From a virus: DNA of 40,412 nt. Shown in pieces: positions 1 to 6,546 of the stretch (within the stretch, counting starts at the first letter, position 1; each line of letters opens with the position of its first letter). The notes beneath the pieces are model-generated. The model searched no databases. It was not told the origin of the DNA and saw nothing but the letters and a program-made list of their open reading frames with translations. The stretch covers positions 1 to 40,412 of the IMG/VR virus record IMGVR_UViG_3300023284_000477. One strand, given 5' to 3'. A program made the translations under genes and the position numbers.

Positions 1-144
1 CATAACAAAGAAAGCGACTTATACATGCGCCGGACTATCGATTTCAAAACGCAAGTGGTTACGCGAAAAGACGTTCCGCTTGAAGAAGCAACGACGTTTA
101 AATTCAAGTATTTGATGCGAGTGATCGATGAAGTGCCTGGTAGA
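1..144. repeat. Terminal direct repeat, copy 1 (identical to 40269-40412); probable circular-assembly overlap
   Basis: Bases 1-144 (cataacaaagaaagcgactt...gaagtgcctggtaga) recur exactly at 40269-40412. The repeat lies inside an ORF that reads across the junction. Confidence 0.9.
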
Positions 145-198
145 AATTTTGACTATTTTATGGTTAAGCGTAAATACGGAAAAAGAATTGTAATATGA
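1..198 (+). CDS. Hypothetical protein, 3' part of the junction-spanning ORF (starts at 40023)
   Basis: Frame 1 is open from base 1 (HNKESDLYMRRTIDFKTQVV...KRIVI*) with stop TGA at 196-198. It continues the frame open at 40023-40412. The joined ORF is 444 nt (147 aa). Confidence 0.7.
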   Translation, partial: HNKESDLYMRRTIDFKTQVVTRKDVPLEEATTFKFKYLMRVIDEVPGRNFDYFMVKRKYGKRIVI

Positions 199-275
199 AA
201 ATTATTCGTATATTAGATTCGGAGTTCAGGTTTAGCGGCCTGATGCAAAAAGTTTCTATATTCTTGCTTCGATTC

Positions 276-289
276 TTTTAACAATATAG
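276..289 (+). promoter_or_regulatory. Candidate promoter-like box TTTTAACAATATAG upstream of the HNH gene
   Basis: Near-identical box TTTTAACAAATATAG occurs at 7809-7823 upstream of the protease/capsid genes. Only two good copies, so this is weak. Confidence 0.25.
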
Positions 290-307
290 AGCAAAAATAT
301 ATCAAAA

Positions 308-823
308 ATGAGTAAAGAAACTTGGAAAGATGTAGTTGGTTATAGAGGATATTATCAAGTAAGTTCATACGGAAGAATCAAATCTTTTGACCGATTGGTT
401 GAAGAAAAATCTGGAACTAAAAGGATTCATCGCGGTAGAATTCTGAAAAATCAGACAAGCAAAGGGTATAAAACCGTTTGTTTATGTGTTAAAGGGAGTC
501 AGACTAACAAACAAATCCATGTTCTTGTCGCTGAATCTTTTTTAAATCATGTTTCTTCTGGCATGGACTTCGTTGTTGACCATGTTAATAACATTAAGTC
601 TGACAATAATTTGACGAATCTTCAAGTGATTACTCAGAGAGAAAATGTATCTAAAAATCAAAAAAATAGAGCTAGTAATTATACGGGCGTTTATCGTCAG
701 CGTTCGGGCAAAAAGTGGTATGCTTCTATTGGTATTGCTGGCAAATATATCTATTTGGGGAGCTTTGACACAGGGGTCGCGGCTTCAAACGCTTATAAAA
801 ATAAACTAAAATCTATATTATGA
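308..823 (+). CDS. NUMOD4/HNH homing endonuclease with AP2-like DNA-binding C-terminus
   Basis: The N-terminus WKDVVGYRGYYQVSSYGRIKS is NUMOD4-like. DHVNNIKSDNNLTNLQVITQRENVSKN is an HNH_3-type core. TGVYRQRSGKKWYASIGIAGKYIYLGSFDT is AP2-like. Confidence 0.85.
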   Translation: MSKETWKDVVGYRGYYQVSSYGRIKSFDRLVEEKSGTKRIHRGRILKNQTSKGYKTVCLCVKGSQTNKQIHVLVAESFLNHVSSGMDFVVDHVNNIKSDNNLTNLQVITQRENVSKNQKNRASNYTGVYRQRSGKKWYASIGIAGKYIYLGSFDTGVAASNAYKNKLKSIL

Positions 824-1164
824 AAATTGAAGAATTATACTATTTACTATTCGTTGCAATAATCATTTCATTTGCTTGTTTGGGATTTCGTGCTATTACT
901 GGAAAAAATATGATATTCTATTTTTTACGAAAACCAGTGGATGATATAGAACCAAATGTGTCTTGGTATGGGGATGCTGTTATATACATGTTTAAGCCGA
1001 TGATCCTTTGTAGCACCTGCATGAGCAGCATTCATACACTGGTTTGGTGGCCTTGTCTCGTCGGATCTTATTCGATAGACACAATCCTCGTTATACTTAT
1101 GGTCGCGTTCCTGAACACATTATTATACGGATTAATTGAACTAATACAAAAACATACATCATGA
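820..1164 (+). CDS. Hypothetical membrane protein (about 3 hydrophobic segments, Cys-containing)
   Basis: ATGA overlap with the upstream gene. Hydrophobic stretches are LLFVAIIISFACLGF, MILCSTCMSSIHTLVWWPCLV and ILVILMVAFLNTLLYGLI. Confidence 0.65.
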   Translation: MKIEELYYLLFVAIIISFACLGFRAITGKNMIFYFLRKPVDDIEPNVSWYGDAVIYMFKPMILCSTCMSSIHTLVWWPCLVGSYSIDTILVILMVAFLNTLLYGLIELIQKHTS

Positions 1165-1514
1165 ATTTAACAAAAGAGGATAAACAATTAATGAAGATGA
1201 TATTCAACCGATTGGATGAAATCACTTTCAAATCCGAAGAATTAGCGAAAATGTTCGGCAAGACCGGCGTTTCTTTTACTGGATTTAAGGCAATAATCGA
1301 ACAAGCTAAAATTATTACGACGCGGAAGATGCCTAAATTGATCAAGAGTTTTGCGCCTAAATTCAATCCGCTACTTAATACGATTTATTCAAGTGGTATT
1401 TCGTTTGCTAAAAACAACGATTCCGACATTGTTCCGATTGATTTTATCGAACTCATGATAACTAAGTCGAAAAATAATTTCGAAAAAGGGATGAAAAACC
1501 GTAAAAAATCATAA
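1161..1514 (+). CDS. Hypothetical protein
   Basis: 117-aa ORF with an ATGA overlap to the upstream gene, in a same-strand operon. Confidence 0.6.
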   Translation: MNLTKEDKQLMKMIFNRLDEITFKSEELAKMFGKTGVSFTGFKAIIEQAKIITTRKMPKLIKSFAPKFNPLLNTIYSSGISFAKNNDSDIVPIDFIELMITKSKNNFEKGMKNRKKS

Positions 1515-1516
1515 TT

Positions 1517-1663
1517 ATGTTTGAAAAAATGGAATGCTCAATGTGTGGCCTTATAAGCTGTGATGAAGATGACTTCACTACTTGTTTATATGGTGGGATT
1601 GACGACAACGAGATTGTTTGTGAAAATTGCTATGATAAAATGGATGAAGAAGGCATTATTTAA
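1517..1663 (+). CDS. Small zinc-ribbon-like protein (48 aa, CxxC...CxxC); not in the ORF track
   Basis: Manual translation gives MFEKMECSMCGLISCDEDDFTTCLYGGIDDNEIVCENCYDKMDEEGII*. The ATG lies 2 nt after the upstream stop, and the ORF fills an otherwise empty gap. Confidence 0.5.
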   Translation: MFEKMECSMCGLISCDEDDFTTCLYGGIDDNEIVCENCYDKMDEEGII

Positions 1664-1684
1664 TCAAATTAAAAAACAAGTATC

Positions 1685-1879
1685 ATGACTAAGAAATATC
1701 AAGTATCTGTAAGGGACAATATCGGGCTTCAAACAAGGGGCGGTAAAACAATAACGTGTTCTATAATGAGAATACATGATTCGGGTGAGTGCGTTTTATT
1801 TTATAATGAGGCTAAAGATCTTATAGCGTCTGTTCCTACGCGGGATTGTGTCGTTGTCTTAATTGACGAAGAAGAATAA
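1685..1879 (+). CDS. Hypothetical protein
   Basis: 64-aa ORF, non-overlapping, same-strand packing. Confidence 0.55.
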   Translation: MTKKYQVSVRDNIGLQTRGGKTITCSIMRIHDSGECVLFYNEAKDLIASVPTRDCVVVLIDEEE

Positions 1880-1898
1880 AAAGGCGTAATTTTACAAC

Positions 1899-2423
1899 AT
1901 GACGGATAAAGACGATCATCTATATAAAGTAGGGAATCAATTCTGGAAGCGAAGGTCTAAACATGGGCGGGATAAACTGTTTGGTACGCCTAAACTTTTG
2001 GGTGAAGCTGCTTTTGAGTATTTCGAATGGTGCGACAAAAACCCGTTTCAGGAAGCAAAGCTTGTTTCTTTCGAGGGCAGATCACATATTGAGAATGTGC
2101 CAAAAAAGCGGCCTTATACGCTGATTTCCTTGTGTTTATATCTTGGTTGTCATAGTGGGTATTTTAGAAAGTTCAATCAAAGGCTACGTGATAAAGGCAA
2201 AGAAAAGACCGATTTGGACAAGGATTTTGTCACGATCATAAGGCAAATTGAGGAAACTATACGCACTCAAAAGTTCGAAGGGGCTGCTGCTGGCTTCTTC
2301 AATTCGAACATAATTGCGCGCGATTTGGGGCTACGTGACGGTGCTGATTTGACGTCGGACGGCGATAAGATTGGCGGTACTTTTCATGTAGAAATTGTTA
2401 AACCTAAAGATGATGACGAATGA
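1899..2423 (+). CDS. terS: Terminase small subunit (Terminase_2-like)
   Basis: Motifs AAFEYFEWCDKNP, RPYTLISLCLYLGCHSGYFRKF and FFNSNIIARDLGLRD resemble small-terminase families. It lies in the same operon as terL. Confidence 0.75.
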   Translation: MTDKDDHLYKVGNQFWKRRSKHGRDKLFGTPKLLGEAAFEYFEWCDKNPFQEAKLVSFEGRSHIENVPKKRPYTLISLCLYLGCHSGYFRKFNQRLRDKGKEKTDLDKDFVTIIRQIEETIRTQKFEGAAAGFFNSNIIARDLGLRDGADLTSDGDKIGGTFHVEIVKPKDDDE

Positions 2424-2896
2424 ATAGTCAAGAATTCTCAGATAAATTAGTAACGTTAGAGCCTTATTTCTTTAAAATTGCGCTAATGTACACGACCGAC
2501 AGGGAGCGTTCAAAAGACTTGGTTCAAGAAGTTATGACTAGATGTCTCGAAAATAGATCCAAATGGAACAGCGACAAGGGTCATCTAAGGCATTGGGGCG
2601 GAATAATTCTTAAAAATTTATGGATAGATGAATGGCGCAAGAATAGTAAATATACGTTTATCGATAATCCTGGGCTATCCGAGATCGAAAGAGGGTGTCC
2701 TGAATCAGTGTTGTGTGCAAAAGAATTAAACGAATTACTTGAATCAATGAATCCTAAATATGGAATTCCTTTGAAGATTAGAAGTTATGGCTTCAGTTAT
2801 AGGGAAATATCCGAGCAATTAAACATATCTGAAGGGAATGTCAAAATACAAGTACATCGAGCGCGTAAAGACTTACGTCAGAAAATAGCGTCATAA
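2420..2896 (+). CDS. Sigma-70 family (ECF-like) RNA polymerase sigma factor
   Basis: Region-2-like LVQEVMTRCLEN...LWIDEWRKNSK. Region-4 HTH is YGFSYREISEQLNISEGNVKIQVHRARKDLRQKI. Size is 158 aa. Confidence 0.8.
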   Translation: MNSQEFSDKLVTLEPYFFKIALMYTTDRERSKDLVQEVMTRCLENRSKWNSDKGHLRHWGGIILKNLWIDEWRKNSKYTFIDNPGLSEIERGCPESVLCAKELNELLESMNPKYGIPLKIRSYGFSYREISEQLNISEGNVKIQVHRARKDLRQKIAS

Positions 2897-4302
2897 TGCA
2901 AGCAACCGTCGTGTTCGAACAGAATTGGGACGCTATTCATCTGATGGCGTTCAATGAAGACGGATCGCCAAAGCTTGATGAAAAAGGCGATCATGAGCGC
3001 CGTTATCGATACATAATCAATCGCGGATCATCAAGATCTAGCAAGACAATATCACTGATTGACTGCTATGACCTATACGCAAGGCAGAACATGTCAAAAC
3101 GATTAACTGTCTGGCGTGATACGAAATCAGATTGCAAGAAGACGGTGCTGAAGGATGCGTTCAAACACCTGAAGCGAACTGATCGGTACATGATCCGGCA
3201 GCGATTCAACATCACTGACAGTATATTCACCTACCTTGACACCGACAGCACGTTCGAAATACACGGCACAGACGATGAAGAAACTGTTCACGGCCTTGAA
3301 CAGGATGCAGCTTGGTTCAATGAGCCTTACAAGATAAGCCGCGAAACATTCGATCAGATAGATCAGCGAACATCTGACTTCATATTCATTGACTACAATC
3401 CAAAAAAGGGGCACTGGGTTGAAGATTTAATGAAGGATAAGCGCGCGATTGTGATCGATTCTACGTTCAGGGACAACCCGTTTTGCCCTGTCGAGCAGCG
3501 AACAAAGATACTTTCTTATCAACCGGTCAGCATGTGCCGCCTAATAATAGACGAAAAGCTGACAATTAATGAGGCATTCGAATACGATCTTGAAGGCAAT
3601 CCGAATGAATACACTGATAAAGAGATTAAAGAACTGCTTAGATGCCGCGAAAATGAAGACAAGAACAGCGCATCGGATTTCAACTGGTCGGTGTATGGTC
3701 TAGGCATCAAGTCAGAGCGTCCAAATCGAATCTTTAGCTGGAATCCTATTTCACTTATCGACTACCAAGCTATTGATGAAAAGATCTATATCGGCACAGA
3801 TTGGGGCAAAGTCGATCCCTGGGGTATTGCTGAAGTGAAATATTATGACGGGGCGCTCTATGTTCGTGAACTGAACTACCTATCTGAAAACGAAATCAGA
3901 TCCAAGATGTCACAGACAGAGCAGATTCAAGCATCCGGTGAAGAAGAAGGAATCGTGACGCACATGTTCTATAAGCTTGACATAGACAAAAGCAACACTA
4001 TAATCGCTGACAATAACAGGCCGCTAAAGATTTCGATGCTCAGGCGTCATGGCTGGGACGCTCACGCTGCCAATAAGCTAAAGGGATCTATCATCGACGG
4101 CATCGATTTGCTGCATAATCTTCAGGTATTTTACACAATAGATTCTGAGAATGTAGAATTCGAACAGGAAAACTATTCATATCGTGTAGATCGTCACGGC
4201 ATTGTCCTTGAAGAACCTGAAGATGCAAACAATCACATGATGGATCTGATCAGGTATGTTGCGCTCTATCTGCAAAGAATGGGTATCATCAGGCTTATTT
4301 AA
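2896..4302 (+). CDS. terL: Terminase large subunit
   Basis: P-loop-like INRGSSRSSKTIS and Walker-B-like DAAWFNEP. Nuclease-half motifs are IGTDWGKVDPWG, ADNNRP and NNHMMDLIRY. TAATG coupling to the sigma gene. Confidence 0.9.
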   Translation: MQATVVFEQNWDAIHLMAFNEDGSPKLDEKGDHERRYRYIINRGSSRSSKTISLIDCYDLYARQNMSKRLTVWRDTKSDCKKTVLKDAFKHLKRTDRYMIRQRFNITDSIFTYLDTDSTFEIHGTDDEETVHGLEQDAAWFNEPYKISRETFDQIDQRTSDFIFIDYNPKKGHWVEDLMKDKRAIVIDSTFRDNPFCPVEQRTKILSYQPVSMCRLIIDEKLTINEAFEYDLEGNPNEYTDKEIKELLRCRENEDKNSASDFNWSVYGLGIKSERPNRIFSWNPISLIDYQAIDEKIYIGTDWGKVDPWGIAEVKYYDGALYVRELNYLSENEIRSKMSQTEQIQASGEEEGIVTHMFYKLDIDKSNTIIADNNRPLKISMLRRHGWDAHAANKLKGSIIDGIDLLHNLQVFYTIDSENVEFEQENYSYRVDRHGIVLEEPEDANNHMMDLIRYVALYLQRMGIIRLI

Positions 4303-4396
4303 ACAAATGCCGGTAAATTTAATTAACTGTTCTCTTAATTAAGCTTTTAAGGAAAATTTTAACTAAGGAATAAAGAGTATAATAGAGTAGGGTTTT

Positions 4397-4475
4397 GTTA
4401 TACTTTTATACTTTGTTAAAAATTACACATCTTTTATTTGTCATTGTTATACTTTTATACTTATATTTGCTGTGA
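4397..4475 (+). promoter_or_regulatory. Early promoter/operator module: two GTTATACTTTTATAC boxes, a GTTAAAAATTACACATCTTTT box and a TATATTTG -7 box
   Basis: Boxes are at 4397-4411 and 4446-4460, the 21-mer at 4415-4435, and TATATTTG at 4462-4469. The same module recurs at 27369-27433, 29663-29718 and 33368-33440; a degenerate box copy is at 39783-39810. Confidence 0.6.
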
Positions 4476-4478
4476 ACT

Positions 4479-4493
4479 AAAACGATAGATATG
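4479..4493 (+). promoter_or_regulatory. Start-codon-fused box AAAACGATAGATATG (copy 1 of 6)
   Basis: Exact 15-mer ending in the ATG of the 4491 ORF. See the other copies on the minus strand. Confidence 0.7.
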
Positions 4494-4793
4494 GAACACA
4501 CAAAAGAAAAATGGAATTATAGATTCTATCCACTGTCAGCTTTGGGGGATTATGGTCAACTCACAATAAGGGCGGGTGAACATAATTTACCAATAGGACT
4601 GCTCATATTAAATGGAAATGAGAAGACCAAAGAAATGCAAGAAGCCAACGCCAAACTGATAGTAGCAGCACCCGAACTGTTAGAGGCGTTAACAATTGCA
4701 GAAAAGTATTTACATAATGCTGATAGAGAATTGAGAAGCGGGAAAACATTAAGGCAAATAGTAAGTATGGCAATCAAAAAAGCAACTGAATAA
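4491..4793 (+). CDS. Hypothetical protein (contains the ANAKLIVAAPELLEAL motif common in small phage proteins)
   Basis: 100-aa ORF, first gene downstream of the early promoter module. Confidence 0.7.
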   Translation: MEHTKEKWNYRFYPLSALGDYGQLTIRAGEHNLPIGLLILNGNEKTKEMQEANAKLIVAAPELLEALTIAEKYLHNADRELRSGKTLRQIVSMAIKKATE

Positions 4794-4841
4794 CAACATC
4801 TATCGACCTGAACGGCGTCAGCTTAGTAGGGTCGATAATAT

Positions 4842-4921
4842 TGGGGTGCTACGTATGGCGAACGTTATAAGCTGAAGTCTGGCATAAGAGACTATGCAAG
4901 GTTCGAATCCTTGCCGCTCCA
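4842..4921 (+). tRNA. tRNA-like element; canonical T-arm and acceptor-like 3' strand, isotype unresolved
   Basis: T-stem caagg/ccttg with loop ttcgaat lies at 4897-4913. A D-arm-like acgt-atggcga-acgt lies at 4851-4865. Acceptor pairing is tggggtg/cgctcca (5 Watson-Crick and 2 G-U pairs). No clean 5-bp/7-nt anticodon arm exists. The best helix, agtct/agact (4876-4880 / 4889-4893), encloses an 8-nt loop ggcataag. An alternative loop ctgaagt (GAA) at 4872-4878 has a weak stem. Confidence 0.4.
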
Positions 4922-4940
4922 CAAAATTAAGTTTATAGAT

Positions 4941-5228
4941 ATGTACGAAACAAAAGAAGAACGACACGAAGTTTACAAGGCAGCCTTAAAGCGTCTTGAA
5001 CAAGAAATCGAAAACGAACTGCCGAATTGGGTCGATGGCTTATGTCATCAGATTCATGATGTAATAGATTATGAATTAAAATATAGAGTCATCAAAAGTA
5101 CATTTGTAGAATTTGCATCATTTAAACCTGTTAACTGTTTGACTCCTTATTGGTGGAAAAAAGACGAAGAAGGCAATCAAGCCCGCGTTGAAGTTCTGAA
5201 GAAATGTATTAAAATGACAGCACCATGA
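4941..5228 (+). CDS. Hypothetical protein
   Basis: The ORF track starts at TTG 4911, inside the tRNA-like element. The first ATG (ttatagatATG, 4941) gives MYETKEERHEVYKA... and avoids that overlap. Confidence 0.6.
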   Translation: MYETKEERHEVYKAALKRLEQEIENELPNWVDGLCHQIHDVIDYELKYRVIKSTFVEFASFKPVNCLTPYWWKKDEEGNQARVEVLKKCIKMTAP

Positions 5229-5458
5229 TCGAACTGAAGAAACATTCAACAGCCTGGTATAATCAGAAGGCGCCTGAACTGATCAAGAAGCGTCATGAAG
5301 TTGCTGAAGCAATTGAGCCATTGTTAAGGGCGCAGCACAGTTCCGATTATGGAGTGTATGATTTTGATAATGAAACACAGTTTCGATGGTTTCAGATTCA
5401 CAGTTCATTACTTTTGCGTGGCGTGTTGAAAGACTACCATATATTTGATATACCATGA
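5225..5458 (+). CDS. Hypothetical protein
   Basis: 77-aa ORF with ATGA coupling. Confidence 0.6.
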   Translation: MIELKKHSTAWYNQKAPELIKKRHEVAEAIEPLLRAQHSSDYGVYDFDNETQFRWFQIHSSLLLRGVLKDYHIFDIP

Positions 5459-5604
5459 GCGACGAACACTACATCGAAGGACACAAGGCTGAACAGCGCG
5501 GCTTCTGGTTCTTATTCTGGCGCATCATTTTGTATGCGTCTGCGGTGTACATTCTTTTGTTCTGGGATGAATTAACTTTATATATTTACACTCTAATTGA
5601 CTAA
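5455..5604 (+). CDS. Small membrane protein (49 aa); not in the ORF track
   Basis: Manual translation gives MSDEHYIEGHKAEQRGFWFLFWRIILYASAVYILLFWDELTLYIYTLID*. It has an ATGA overlap with the upstream stop and fills a gap. Confidence 0.5.
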   Translation: MSDEHYIEGHKAEQRGFWFLFWRIILYASAVYILLFWDELTLYIYTLID

Positions 5605-5605
5605 T

Positions 5606-5821
5606 ATGATACATGAAGACATTTACCGGATTGTCGGAAAACACAACCCATCTATTGTAATTGAACACGTTTGTTCACGTGAAAATCCTAATAATATTTA
5701 TTACAACGTACACGTTGACGGAAGAACGTTGTCACCAAAGGCGGTGACTGAACTTATCAATTACAGAGCCGAAAGTAAGCACAGAATAAATCTACATATT
5801 GAATACGTTTCATTTAAATAA
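5606..5821 (+). CDS. Hypothetical protein
   Basis: The track start 5597 is TTG. The ATG at 5606 (MIHEDIYRIV...) follows the stop of the small membrane ORF. Confidence 0.55.
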   Translation: MIHEDIYRIVGKHNPSIVIEHVCSRENPNNIYYNVHVDGRTLSPKAVTELINYRAESKHRINLHIEYVSFK

Positions 5822-5829
5822 ACAACACT

Positions 5830-6066
5830 ATGTTAATAACAATTTTTTACGATCACAACCGGTTCGAATCAGCAGTAGAAGCCGCACAGCGAGGCGAAGC
5901 TTACGGTGTAGAATATACCGACACGCACATGATTGTCACCGATCCTGATGACAAGATGACGAAACTTGAACGATTGACCGTTGTCGAAGGCTATCTTGAA
6001 AAAGAAGATCATCGAACACTATACGGATTTCTTAACCCTGACATGGAAAAACGCGCGACGATATGA
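5830..6066 (+). CDS. Hypothetical protein
   Basis: 78-aa ORF, same-strand packing. Confidence 0.55.
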   Translation: MLITIFYDHNRFESAVEAAQRGEAYGVEYTDTHMIVTDPDDKMTKLERLTVVEGYLEKEDHRTLYGFLNPDMEKRATI

Positions 6067-6099
6067 GCAAATACAGAGTAAAAGAAGTGATCAACAATT

Positions 6100-6309
6100 A
6101 TGACTGAAAGATTACATAGACAATGTCCTCACTGCAAAAGTAAAAAAGGATTTACGCTTTATTATACAATACACGGAAACGGCCATGAAGGTCGGGATTT
6201 CAAAGGAAAAGTCATTGACTGCGAGAGGGAAGTTTTTGATTCTAATGAAAGATCTGTTGAATGTTTAAATTGTGGGAAACCAATTCAATACGAAAAGGTT
6301 GAGACTTAA
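6100..6309 (+). CDS. Zinc-ribbon protein (CPHC...CLNC)
   Basis: 69-aa ORF with two CxxC pairs (CPHCKSKK and CLNCGK). Confidence 0.6.
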   Translation: MTERLHRQCPHCKSKKGFTLYYTIHGNGHEGRDFKGKVIDCEREVFDSNERSVECLNCGKPIQYEKVET

Positions 6310-6546
6310 GGAATCTATGACCTATTACCTCAGCATTATAGTATCGGAGTTTCGCAAAAGCTCAACGGACTTAATGAAAATGCTTATGCCTCGGCTACGC
6401 ATTTAAATAATAATCACTACTTTAGACAAATGAATCCATCTCACGCCAAGCTAAGTAACATAATAGGCATTATTTGCAATAATATCTACTATGCTAAATA
6501 GCCCACACTCAGCCACACCCCAAATAAATATTATGATTAGAGTGCC

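Noticed and set aside
4842-4921. tRNA 3'-half as a phage attachment site (attP core)
   Set aside because: No integrase, excisionase or repressor module was recognised anywhere in the genome. The idea is kept only as a minor alternative in the tRNA-like finding.
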